Assembly: GCF_001194135.2 (NCBI RefSeq)
Contig: NC_068997.1
Span: 55,956,458 to 56,017,095, forward strand
Direction: 5' to 3'
DNA: 60,638 nucleotides
Source: Octopus bimaculoides
Taxonomy: Eukaryota
How positions within the stretch are numbered: the first letter of the stretch is position 1; the number at the start of each line of letters is the position of its first letter. This document shows, piece after piece, positions 12,740-24,225 of the stretch. The position numbers and the translations under genes were made by a program. The notes beneath the pieces are model-generated. The model did no database searches. It saw nothing but the letters and a program-made list of their open reading frames with translations, and was not told the DNA's origin.

Positions 12740-13711
12740 CAAAGGGTGTTTCAAAAAATTTGATATCATTTTGCAATCTTAGAACTTTACCAGTTCTTGT
12801 TCAAATAACTTCAAATTTTAACAGCATGTGTAGAAATGGGTCGAAGTTTTATGTCTATTGTTTGGTATGTTTATCTTTTCAGGTATAGAAATGGCATTCA
12901 CTGGAAGAGAAAAGGCGTTTTGTGTGTTGGAGTATGTTCAAACACTGTCGAACAAGACTGTGCAGTGTGCATTTGTGAGAGAGTTCTCTAGAAAGTCACC
13001 AACAGCAATGCAGATTTGGACATGGCACAAAAAAATTCAAGGAGGCAGGCTGTCTGTGGGGGCAAAAGGATTTGGACGACCACTGACATTGGAAGAGATG
13101 GTTGAGCAGGTTCGCCAAAGACTCTTGCAAAGCCCCAAGAAGTCCATAAGAAGAATGAGTCTGGAAACCTAGATTCCTCCAATGACAATTTGGCGCGTCC
13201 TGAGGTAATGCTTGCTAATGAAACCCTACAAGTTGCAGCTCGTTCAGGCCATAATGGCAGATGACAAACGAAAGCGCAAACAATTCTGTGTTGATATGCA
13301 AGGGAAACTTGAAGAAGCCAAGTTCAAGGAACGTCTTGTTTTCAGTGATGAGACCACATTTCATACAAATGGCAAAATCAATAAGCATAATGTTCACATT
13401 TGGGGTGAAGAAAATCCTCATGCCACAGTTGAGCATGAGAGGGACCCACCAAAAATGAATGTGTTCTGCGCCATCTCCAAGAAACATCTTCATGGCCTGA
13501 TTTTCTTTGAGGGAAATGTGACTGGCAATGTTTATCTGCAAATGCTTCAGAATTGGCAAATGGATGAGCTAATTGCAAGTGAACATGAAGACTTTATTCT
13601 TAAACAGGACGGGGCTCCACCTCACTGAAACCTCACTGTGCGGGCTTATCTCAATGACAATCTGCGAGGGAGATGGATTAGGCATGCTGGTGATGAAGAC
13701 AATGTCTTCAT
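12740..13711 (+). mobile_element. Tc1/mariner-superfamily transposon, 3'-truncated, transposase pseudogene
   Basis: TA followed by TIR-like CAAAGGGTGTTTCAAAAAA; ATG at 12891 gives MAFTGREKAFCVLEY..(HTH)..GRP..SPKKSIRR..KPYKLQLVQ..LVFSDE..QDGAPPH; stops at 13170, 13206 and 13626; the third catalytic D region is missing. Confidence 0.92.
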
Positions 13712-13858
13712 TTTCTGTCTGCCAAATCTACTGACAAGGCTTTAGCTGGCCTGTGGCTATAATAGAAGACACTGGCCTAAGGTGCAATGCAGTGGGACTG
13801 AACCCAGAACGATGTATTTGCAAAGCAAAAGTTCTTATCACTCAGCCACAGCTGCACC
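13712..13858 (-). mobile_element. SINE A 5' half abutting the truncated transposase
   Basis: CCAAATCTACTGACAAGGCTTT..GAAGACACT..GTGGGACTGAACCCAG..CTCAGCCACAGCTGCACC. Confidence 0.85.
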
Positions 13859-14864
13859 GATTTTATTTTTAGTTTGGAAAATTGTTTTAATAAAGATTTG
13901 AAAAGAACAGAAAACAATCACAAAATAATTTTCTCAGAAGACCTTAAAACCATTCCATATATTTGTGATTTTACCAGTAAAATAGAAAATGTCACTTCTC
14001 TTCTTTTGCAGATACATAATTAAGATTGTAGAACTAGAATTTTTAGTTTGTAATTAAGATTTACACAATAAGAGAGAAAAATCTAATATTTAGTTCTTTA
14101 ACGCAGGTGTCTAATGTTGGTGTGGAATAATACAAATATTATGAAAACTCTTGGTGAAATTGGAAGATTAAAATCTTAATTGCAAATTTTTACCAATTTG
14201 TAAGCCCAACACTATTTAAAATACAGTGAAATGTCACAGATTTACATTAATTTGAAGAAATACGAAATTCTTTTTGAGTCATACATAAACTGAGATGTGA
14301 AGTTTGATAGTTGTTGTGTATTTAATGTTAAGTGACTTCTAAGTATATTGGATATCAATGTAGATGTAATAATAACGATAATGATAGTAACTGTTTGGAA
14401 ACAAAACTGAAAGAAGAAAACCTAACGATAATAATAATAATAAGAAGAAGAATGATGATGATGATGATAGCAATAATAATAATAATAATAATAATGATGC
14501 CTTAAATTATATCTCAAGTACTTCACCAGTAAACGCAATTACAAACATGTTGACAATTTTCTCTAATGTTCAGCCATATTCATTTTCAGAATCATTATTT
14601 CTAATAAATATATTTTCCTGCTGAGACTCACAGAGATTTTGTTTCTGGCATTATAGCAAGACCATAAAATTCACATTTAATTCTTCCTCTGTTGACAAGC
14701 ATAAAGTCTCTTATGTGTTTGCTTTGGTTGCTCTAATTTCTCGTACATTTCACACAACTCATTTATCTACCATTACAGATCATTCGAGTCAAAGTGTGAA
14801 GCCTCCTGTAAAATGGTTGCTAGATATAGCAGCTAAATCTCCTCCAGTTCTCAACCCATCATTA

Positions 14865-15030
14865 TCATCATCATCCTTGTCTTAATGTCCATTTACCCAT
14901 GCTTGCATGAATCACAAGAAATCAAGCTCAGACGCTCCTTGTGTCACCAAACCTCACCTTTTTCCAAGCAAGATATTTTTTAGTGGCTGAACATGTTTTT
15001 GTAGAAGATTGGAACTGAAGGATATTGCCT
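14865..15030 (-). mobile_element. SINE family F with RTE-like (GAT)n tail
   Basis: TCATCATCC..TTAATGTCCAT..CATGCTTGCATG..CCAAACCTCACC..TTTCCAAGCAAG; reverse complement of 52440-52575. Confidence 0.65.
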
Positions 15031-15204
15031 GAAGGTTATTGTGATGCTTGTCAATAGGGTGTCATACGTAGCATTTCAAGTTAATGTGTTAGATAAAAAA
15101 AAAACACCAATGTCATATTTGGAATCAGGGGATGAAAGTTAGTCTAAGACCAGGTTTACCTTCCCAAAACCAAAACTGTTGTTGGTTGGTGTTTTTGGAA
15201 ATAT

Positions 15205-15370
15205 CATACTCAGCATGCGTTTTGATTTCAAATTCCTTTGAGGTTGACTTTGCCTTTCATCCTTTCAGGGTCAATAAAATAAGTACCAGTTATGTCCTGG
15301 GGGCCAATGTATTCAGCTTAACCCCACTTCTGGAATTGCTGGCATTGTGCCTGAATTTGAAACCAACATT
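15205..15370 (+). mobile_element. SINE family B copy
   Basis: TTCAAATTCC..GAGGTTGACTTTGCCTTTCATCCTTTCAGGGTCAATAAAATAAGTACCAG..TTGTGCCTGAATTTGAAACCAA. Confidence 0.85.
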
Positions 15371-15469
15371 ACACTCAACATGTAGAAAGAGACAAACCTA
15401 ATCTGGGACCTCAATAAATGGCAATATACTATGGTACCCCATAATTCAAGAAAAAAATAAGAACAATGT

Positions 15470-15755
15470 GGGAGCCATTATATGGCTGCTTGATCTTCTA
15501 GAAATAGCAACTAAATCTCCTTCAGACTAACTACATCCTATCATCTTAAATAAGGAAAGGACGCATAGTATAATGTAGTTCAACCTGCTAGACATAGCAG
15601 CTAAATCTTCCTCAAATCACTCTCTATCATTCCTTGCTTATTTGATGATTTAGCCATAGGTATATTTCTCAAAAAAAGGCGTGATCATGGTGTGAACTTC
15701 TTTGATCAAAGGTGACCTGGGGCTAAAAGACAACATCAATAGCAACACCAACAAC
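15470..15755 (+). mobile_element. Family C copy with duplicated 5' segment
   Basis: CTAGAAATAGCAACTAAATCT at ~15499 and CTAGACATAGCAGCTAAATCT at ~15589; 3' GACCTGGGGCTAAA and (CAA)-rich tail. Confidence 0.75.
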
Positions 15756-16574
15756 ATCACCAATAAAACTGGCCTTCAATTTAGTCCTTTATACTTAAGC
15801 TTCTGCCAATAAAATCCAATTATGTAAATTCTATGAAAATTACACAGCAACCAACACAACGGTGATTTCCTGCCATGGTGTCCTACTTAACACTGACTGT
15901 TTGCATCACTCGATTAAAATAATTGAATAATTCAGTCCTGGCAGATGTGTGCTGCCATGTAAAATGGCATTTGGTCAAAGGGCTACAAGTTGTTTTAAGG
16001 ATACTAAAAATGGTGATTCTATATTCCTGATGTTATTCTTGTAAAATTATATAATTAACCCTTTCAGGAATCATTAACAATACTTTATATTCTTATGTTC
16101 AGATGAAAAAATTTATTTGTCCTTTGCTGAATGAGTCCAAATTTATTCCAGCAAGTTGTATTATCAAGCATGGCCTGAGAGCCTAAATCCATTAAATTGC
16201 CAACGGTTGCTAATAGATATTTTGGAATTCAAAGTTGAAAAATGTTGAGGACAACATTCCACTGCTAAGAATAGCAATTTTAAACAAAAGACTCATGCAA
16301 GAAACTTCCAAACTGAATATTTTTTTTTACAGACTTCTCAGGAAATACAATAAGTGAAATTCTGTTACTGTTAACATGAAGATCAAATTAATTCCTCTCC
16401 AAAATTCAATGATGTTGTACAATAAAATGAATGTTATACTTTTGTAACCGTATCATTAATGCATGTGTGAGATGCAGAAAGACAGAATACTTTTCATCAT
16501 AGGCCTACTCTATAAGGGCTGACCTGGGGTTAAATGATTATGCACACATATGTGCACACACACACACACACACA

Positions 16575-16805
16575 TGTGGCTGTGTGGTTGAGAAGATTGC
16601 TTCTGTCTTGTAAGCAGGTATCAGTCCTTTGCAATAGTCTGAAATCATGTCTACATTTGGGGAAAGATTACTTTGCTTGGAAACAGGAGAAGGAAATTTG
16701 GCAATGGGAAATATGGCGTCCAGTTGTAAAAAACCTGCTTCAATAGATTCCACCTGACTCATTCAAACATGGAAAAGCAAATATTAAGATGTTGATGATG
16801 ATGCT
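16575..16805 (+). mobile_element. SINE family F copy, diverged
   Basis: TGGCTGTGTGGTTGAGAAG head; TTACTTTGCTTGGAAACAGG..CATGGAAAAG..GATGATGAT tail. Confidence 0.65.
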
Positions 16806-16884
16806 TGATGTGTGTGTGTGTGTGTATTCTTCTATTCTTTTATTTGTTTCAGCACAAAAGTTGTGACCATGCTTTTCAATGGCC

Positions 16885-17215
16885 ATTCTGATTTGATTAG
16901 CTTTTAGTGAAAGAGATGTGATATTACTACCCTCTTTGGAGTTTCCTGCTGTGATGTAGGCTCATCTGGGACCTTGGACAGCAGAAGGTCAAGTTGTTTG
17001 CTGAAAGCATCCATCCCAACCCCATGCAGATCCCTAAGATGTTTTGGCAAGGTATTAAATAGCAGTGGGCCCTTGAATTCCAAGCTATCGTAGCCCCTGA
17101 TCCTCACACCAGATGGGATGGGACCTTTGGGACCTTTGGAATCATGCAGTAACGTCCAGTTTGAGGTCTGGTACGTCTCTTGATACCAATATACAGTATA
17201 AATCCTTACCTTCAG
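16885..17215 (-). mobile_element. CR1-group LINE, ORF2 C-terminal fragment
   Basis: TGRYCMIPK..DSLEFKGPLLFNTLPKHLRDLHGVGMDAFSKQLDLLLSKVPDEP, resembling the RGPxLFNxLP..IRxL..FKxxLDxxLxxIPDEP tail of CR1/L2-group LINEs. Confidence 0.8.
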
Positions 17216-17537
17216 TTAACTTGGACACACTTTTGCCTGATTAGTATATTTTATTGAGGGTTCACTGTATTTATATAAATATTTATTTTCTTTTGGCGCT
17301 CATAATGAAATTTTAACTTCACATTAAAAAAATATGTAAAGATCAATATTTATACAAATTCTTTAGAGAAAACCTCAGAAGAATTTGTATAAATATTAAT
17401 GTTGGCAACTCCTAAATAAGCAGTCTTTTTTGAATATTAATGATATCTGACTATAAAAAAATAGCCCCAAGTTGAAATAAGGATGCAACAATGTGATATT
17501 GATAAATAATTTAGATGAAGATACACTAATCTAATCA

Positions 17538-18023
17538 AATAATTATTAATATCAACATTGTATAATTATCAAAATTACAATCAAATGTGGCAACAGGATG
17601 AGATCATATTCCAGCATGTTCACACTTGTACAAGGGTTCAAGCAAGATTGAAAGTATTCAAGTGATATTAGATATTGCAGATCCATCAAACCCATGACAG
17701 CAACAAAAAACACATTCAGGGAAATAACGAAGAGGATCAATATAATGGTGAAGAGGATTAATCAAATCAGTTTTGGTTGTTCAAGCCATAATTTCTTTGG
17801 CTGAATATTCATTTAAAAATTCAAAACCATTCTTCTTAAGTTGAAAACATTCACAACATTTAGGCACCAGAATTTCTCTTCTTCCCAGTCTTTGGGATAT
17901 CTTGACAGTAACCCCAGAAATGGTTATGTAACCTTCAGGACCATAAATCAAAGAAATGTTCCCGGTTATGGGATTAATCAGTGGCAGCCACACATGGAGG
18001 GAGATTAATAAACTGAGATTAAG
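17538..18023 (-). pseudogene. 162-codon frame interrupted only by TGA codons, identity unknown
   Basis: Internal TGA at 17781-83, 17658-60 and 17604-06; no TAA or TAG in frame; both flanking stops are also TGA. Confidence 0.25.
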
Positions 18024-18394
18024 TCATTACTTTATGTGTGAGTGTATGTGTGCATGTGTATGTGGGTGCCTGTATATGCATGCATGTGTGCGTATGCATC
18101 AGTGTTAGTCACATGTATTAATTTCTTAGAATGATATATATTTAACCATGTTCCACCATGTGTTCTATCATGTGTCCATGTGCATGTGCATGTGTGTGTG
18201 TGTGTGTATAGAAGAACTGAAACCGCAAACTACGGCTGCCGTTCAGAATGAATGATTCAGTAGTGTGTGCCATGGGTTTTCTTATTGTCTTCGATGGCCA
18301 TATAGACAAGACCAGGCACAAGCACCCAATTAACCCTGTGGATACCCTTGGACACCATTGGCCTAGTGGACCATCCAGGATGAGACAGGTGGAG

Positions 18395-18401
18395 AGAGAT
18401 G

Positions 18402-18459
<58 letters not shown>

Positions 18460-18460
18460 C
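18395..18460. repeat. (GA)n microsatellite
   Basis: Visible directly in the sequence. Confidence 0.95.
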
Positions 18461-19149
18461 AGTTGTAGCAGTGCTTGATGGCTACTTTCTTTATCAATCC
18501 CAAAATGAAGAAAAGTGCATTTGACCTTTGTGGGATTTGAACCCAGAGCATACCATAATGTATTGAATCTGAATATTAAAAACTGACAAAAATCAAAGAT
18601 GTTTACTTATATTCCTTTACATTCTGAGTTCAAGATGCACTGATACCAACCCTCCTGGGTCAGGATATTGATCATTGAAAATGTCTTGTGGTGTAAATAG
18701 GATATTTCTTTCATGACTTCCATTGTAACGAAATAACGGTTATAATGAATATTTTATATTTATTAGCCTTGAAAGGAGAGAATACCCTGCATACAAATGA
18801 TTGATGGCTGAGATTAATATGATTGATGTGGAATAAGGATCTTTCTGTATGTCATCATTTCCTCATCATTCTCATTGTATTAATATATTTGTTTGCTATG
18901 ATTGATGAATGGTTCAACACCCTCATTGATCATCCTTTGAATGATCAGTAAAACACGATCTTCAAATGCCCGATCAAGCTCTCTCATACTGAATGTCTCT
19001 TACCTACAATTGCTAATTCCCTAATCATTTCCCCCACCAACTAATTTGCATTACCAGTAGGTTTATAATAACGAAACCCTACCTTAATACATCAACCGAT
19101 GCCTCCTTCACTGTCCAGTCATTTCAGAGCAACTCTCTTCACCTGTCAG

Positions 19150-19330
19150 CTTTCACTGATGTACAGTGTTACACTTGTGGTATAAGCTTTGTATTCTTAT
19201 CTTCATTTCAAGGAAAGACAACTGTGGATTTCTTTTGGAGTTTTACGCTCTTGATGCAGTCATCTCAGTCTCTTAATTTTGGACCCTAATGGTGCAAGAT
19301 CAATCTTTAGTACACAAATATCTCACCTAA
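19150..19330 (-). mobile_element. Very degenerate RTE-like LINE fragment
   Basis: With a frameshift it reads RNPQLSFLEMKIRI/YKAYTTSVTLYISES*, similar to KIRxYxAxVxSxLLYGSExW. Confidence 0.35.
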
Positions 19331-19349
19331 TCCCAGGCAAAACCATCCA

Positions 19350-19512
19350 CCATTCTGTTTCCTTGCATACAGAGTTCAAATTCCTCTGAGGCTGACTTTC
19401 CTTTCATCTTTCTGGGGTGATAAAATAAGTACCAGTCGAAATCCGAGGTCGATGTAATCAACTTAGCCCCTTCCCCAGAGATTACTAGGCTTCTGCCAAA
19501 ATTTGAAATCAG
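19350..19512 (+). mobile_element. SINE family B copy
   Basis: GAGTTCAAATTCC..CTTTCATCTTTCTGGGGTGATAAAATAAGTACCAG..GCCAAAATTTGAAATC. Confidence 0.85.
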
Positions 19513-19803
19513 TTACTTCTTTTTTTTCATTATTTTGTTTGGCTTAGTCGAAAAAGGAAGAATGGTGCAATGTATTTTTCTGGGTCTTTGACACTGTTTG
19601 GCTGAGTGGAAGACGATTGTCTGACCAGAACTCTAACTCCGATACTTGCAATGGAATCTATTCTACCAATGGCCATGCTGTGATGTTAAATCAGACAGAT
19701 TAAGTGTATCACTTTAAGATGCAGTAGATGTCTTTTGGCAGTCATCTTGGCACAGCATACAAGTGACCCTTGGTCAAACCTGTAAAGGACAATTATGATG
19801 GCC

Positions 19804-20120
19804 TGTGGCTTTAGTGGTTAGGGTATTCAACTTACGATCATAAGGACACGAGTTCAATTCCTGGCCGTGCATTGTGTTCTTGAGCAAGACACTTTATTTC
19901 ACATTGCTTCAGTCCACTCATCTGACAAACATGAGTTGTACCTGTAATTCAAAGGGGCCTGCTTTGTCACATTCTCTGTCATGCTGAATTTCCCTGAGAA
20001 CTACATGAAGGGTATACATGTCTGAAGAGTGCTCAGCCATTTGCATGCTAATTTTGTGAGCAAGGGGTTCTGTTGACTGGGTCACCTGAAACCCTTTTTG
20101 CCATAACCAATGGAGTGCCA
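19804..20120 (+). mobile_element. tRNA-SINE family E, full length
   Basis: GTGGCTTTAGTGGTTAGG (A-box-like), GAGTTCAATTC (B-box-like), TTGAGCAAGACACT; collinear with 56221-56530. Confidence 0.88.
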
Positions 20121-20643
20121 GTTATTTAAAAGAGGACATCCGTCATTTAAGTGGAACAAGGACAGTTTTGATACTGTTATTTCTAGTTATGAAATCTATC
20201 ACAACTTCAAAGCCATTATTTCATTCTGGCCAAGTAGAAAAAAAGAAAAGAAGTTAATTTATGGACTGTTCTACTGCTTCTGTAAAATTAATATATTCAA
20301 GAGATAAATCGGTCATCTACATCAGATGTTCCCCTGGGTATTCAATTCTGAATGTATTTGAATCTTGTGAAGAGAACTCTGTATGCAAATATGGTCTATA
20401 TGCTGGCAATATTAATGCAGAGATGACTATTATATTTGAGTTTAACATGGGAGCTGGCATAATTTGATATTTCTTGGATGAATGTTTTTAAGACATTCAA
20501 GTTGCAATCAGTTATAGAATGTGAAGTGGAATTATCAGACGAGGATTTTTACATAGAACTGAACTGACTGTAAAATTGCAATGTCAACAAGTTACATTGA
20601 CTGGCTGAAATTAATGATGATAGAGATATCCGTCTGAACATTA

Positions 20644-20734
20644 TATATATGTATATATGTCACTAAACTTTACTGGTTTACATCTTTAGTTACACAATGC
20701 ATAATTCACCATAATGTTTAATTANNNNNNNNNN

Positions 20735-20769
<35 letters not shown>

Positions 20770-20853
20770 ATGTATATATGTATATATGTCACTAAACTTT
20801 ACTGGTTTACATCTTTAGTTACACAATGCATAATTCACCATAATGTTTAATTA
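20644..20853. other. Exact 81-bp direct repeat flanking a 10-N gap, likely unmerged contig overlap
   Basis: 20644-20724 is identical to 20773-20853; Ns at 20725-20734. Confidence 0.8.
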
Positions 20854-21084
20854 CATATATGTGTACATCATTATCATCCTCGTCATCATCATTATAGTTG
20901 TTGTCATTGTTGTCGTCATCATCATCATCATTATGATTCTCTACATGTGCTTTCCATGCAGGTATAGGTTGTTTGTGTCATGACTTTCCAAATACAAGCT
21001 ATTGTCCTTCTGATTGGTCAAATAACTGCACCTCACATGTCTGCTTATTTTTGAAATTTCATTGTTTCATAAATAAATAAATAC

Positions 21085-21430
21085 AAGCAAGGCTGGGTGG
21101 TTAAAAGGTTTCTTTCATAACAATGAGGTCCCTGGTTTAATCCCACATGTGGCCTCCTTCCTTCAGCATGTGTTTTCTATTGTACTCTTAGAGATTGATC
21201 AATGCTTTGCAAGAAGAAGAGGTAGATGGATACTGTAGGGAAGCTTATTGCATGAGTGTACATTTGGGTAGGCATGTGTCTAAGTTTACGCTTTAAAACC
21301 AGAGTTCTTTATGTTTGTGTATCATCATATTCTGAAAATTAAAAGTTTGACAAACAAAGTTTGACAAACAAAGTTTGATAAAATAAATACCAGACTGAAA
21401 CAAATTCTAGGGTTGACAGAATCAACTGAA
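21085..21430 (+). mobile_element. Very diverged SINE A-like copy containing a 14-bp tandem triplication
   Basis: GGCTGGGTGGTTAAAAGG head; AAAGTTTGACAAAC x3 at 21342-21383 followed by AATAAATACCAG. Confidence 0.5.
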
Positions 21431-22679
21431 CTGTCGAAGACAAAACTTCTATATTATGGTGACTTACGGGGACTGAAACCACTGAAGGAATCTTGACCAT
21501 TACCATAATTCCTTGTCCTGTTATTCATGCTTGCTTTGGCTGGATGAGTCTGCTACAGCCCTGTGTTGGATCATGTCATCCCATTTTGAGGATTTCTCAT
21601 CCTTGGATCAACCTTTACTACTTCTTCCCTTGTTTTTTTTTTGGGGGGGGGGTGCCATGGCCTGTAGGTTGTTGGGCAGGAGGTGGTGGAGTCTGGCTGA
21701 GTTGATGAATGAAAATATGTTCCTTGGGCTCCATGTAGAAATAACAGAGCAACACTCATGAACATTTAACAGAAGAATTCATTATTTCATATAAAGAAAA
21801 AAAAAATTTGTTGGTCTTTTATAGATAACAGCAACAAAATTTACGGTGGGGCAACCATTGATTATGGCAACATACAGCTTTTGCCCAACATAACTGGAAA
21901 CAACTGTGCTATACTTGTGGTGGCCAAGATCCCTATCATCTACCTACACCATCTGTCATAGCTGCCTTCCAGGGTCATCTTTAAAGTAAAAATGCCTGCC
22001 AAAGTCAAATTGTAGAATGTTCAATGAAAGCCTGCTTAATACTGGTTGGTTGGTTAAGAGACCAAACCTGTGCAACTATGGTAGTTTGCTTGCAATGTCC
22101 GACCTCATATCCAGAGATTCAGTTTTGAATCACTGCTACAATTTCTTTTTTCAACAATTTCCTTAATTGATGCATCTTAACACAGCAGACAACGTCCAAA
22201 TTCCTCAGATGTCACCTCTCTTACTACACCCTGTCTCCCCCGCCACCAACAATTTTCACCTCCATTATTCATTTACACTATAAACAATGATTCTCTCATT
22301 CTTTTCAACCTTTGGACATCTTCTGTATCAAATGTGCATAACTATGGAAAGAGTCTGGGTTTCAGAAGAAATGGGACAACTCTGAGCAAGTTTCTGTCAT
22401 ATTAAGCCTCATCAGTGATGCATAGTTTAACTCCGACTGTAATGACTTTGCATAACTTGACAGAGAATGGAATTTTTGTGAAGATACAGTGTGATGTTAT
22501 GAATTTACTGGGTGGCAGGGGGATACTTATGGATGCCTGATTCTTGATAATGAATATCAATTATAACATTGTTAATAAATTAGATAAATGAACTTGTTGA
22601 TAAATTAGGTGAAGTAGTTAATTAGTAGAGTTGTTGGAACATCAGATAAAATTGTATTGTGATATCTGTTGTGGCTAAA

Positions 22680-22900
22680 AGGCAGCAAGGCTCACAGAAT
22701 CATTAGCAAACCAGGAAGCATGCTTAGCAGCATTCCAGCCATCTTTAGGTTCTCAGTTGAAATTTTTCCAAGGTTAACTTTGCGTTTCATCGTTTTGGGG
22801 TCAGTAAAATAATTATCAGTTGAGCATTGGAGCCGATGTAATTAACTGACCCCTTCCCTTGAGATTGCTGGCTTTGTGCCAAAACTTGAAGCCAATATCT
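22680..22900 (+). mobile_element. SINE family B, full length, diverged
   Basis: CAGAATCATTAGCA..ATGCTTAGCAGCATT..TTTCATCGTTTTGGGGTC..TTGTGCCAAAACTTGAAGCCAATAT. Confidence 0.85.
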
Positions 22901-23461
22901 GGTCACAGATCCTGTAAAGAATGGTAACCTCATTTCTTTCCAGCCTTGTGCATCCTCTACATCCAGTGCACAGATGTGTCAACTTTGCAATAATATATTC
23001 CATACACAAGCATTCTATGTAATATTCCTAATATTGAAAAAAAAATTTCTTTTAAAACATTTGAGGGAATTCAGTTCAAGGGAGGCCTTACTGCCAACTA
23101 CCCAAGTCCATCTGCTGCATCAAGTTTCTTGTTTCCCAGCAGTTTGCCAATGGTCCCATTGTAACTCTTGTATACTCATAGTTTTTATTCACTTCACCAT
23201 TTGGAGTGCATAGGTACTCCATTTCTGCATCATCATCCTCACTGTCACCATCAGCATCGTCATCATTTGCACTATGATAGCAGGACAGGAATGGGTGACT
23301 TTTAGTAGAGGAGATATATGGCTATACCAAATAATAGAAAGGTGGGTGACAGAAGCTGGAATGAGAGATAGAGATGGAAGTGATGAAGTGCCAGGGCATA
23401 GCTTCAAGGTACAAGAAGATGGGTAAAAGAGTGCATGCACAAACATGCACACACACACACA

Positions 23462-23520
23462 TATATGGATAGATAGGTAGATAGATAGGTAGACTGATAG
23501 ATAGATAGATAGAGAGAGAG

Positions 23521-23613
<93 letters not shown>

Positions 23614-23622
23614 AAGAGAGAG
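23462..23622. repeat. (GATA)n followed by (GA)n microsatellite
   Basis: Visible directly in the sequence. Confidence 0.95.
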
Positions 23623-24139
23623 AAATCTTTGATATAACAACACTGAAATATTTACCAGCAGAAGCTTTTAAAATGAACAACTTATTTTACCAAAGACTGA
23701 GATAGAAAATTTAAAATAATTATCCATGGAACAATTCAAGTATTGTTGACATAACTTTTGAATTAACAGGTTTCCAGATTTCGCGTGATTCAAATATTTT
23801 GGTAAATGAAACAGATTTAATAAATTTGACATTGCAACTCAGCTGTGTTATTTGAGTTCCAGTCGACCAATCTATAGAACAATGGGGTCACAGCAATTCT
23901 CCTGCCTACAGAAAATTATCATGAAAGCACCTACTGCTGTAGGTGACAGGAATAATCATCGACAGTCTTCTTCCAAGACAGAAGTTGCAGATAAGATTAG
24001 TTTGTATTGTAAGTGCAGAGGTGATTTAATATACATCCTCTGTCTGACAGAGCAGAAGCATGTGATGTAACCATCAGGAAGATAATAAGTTGATGAGGAA
24101 AGATTTCTGCTGTCAGTGAAACTGGGAAAATAAAATGTG

Positions 24140-24225
24140 GTGATGGTGTTGATATTGATGATGTTGATGATGATGACGATGACGATGACAACGACAATGA
24201 TGATGACGGGTATGGCAGTGATGAT
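24140..24225. repeat. Degenerate (GAT/GAC)n trinucleotide repeat
   Basis: Visible directly in the sequence. Confidence 0.85.

Noticed and set aside
17538-18023. NUMT interpretation of the TGA-only frame
   Set aside because: The translation under a TGA=Trp code does not resemble any mitochondrial protein I can recognise.
20110-20640. Possible exon or pseudogene around ORFs 20110-20307 and 20261-20467
   Set aside because: Stop density is near expectation in the minus frames, and there are no recognisable motifs or good splice pairs.
20644-20853. Exact 81-bp direct repeat as a biological duplication
   Set aside because: The copies are 100% identical and flank a 10-N placeholder gap; an unmerged contig overlap at a (TA)n repeat is the simpler explanation.
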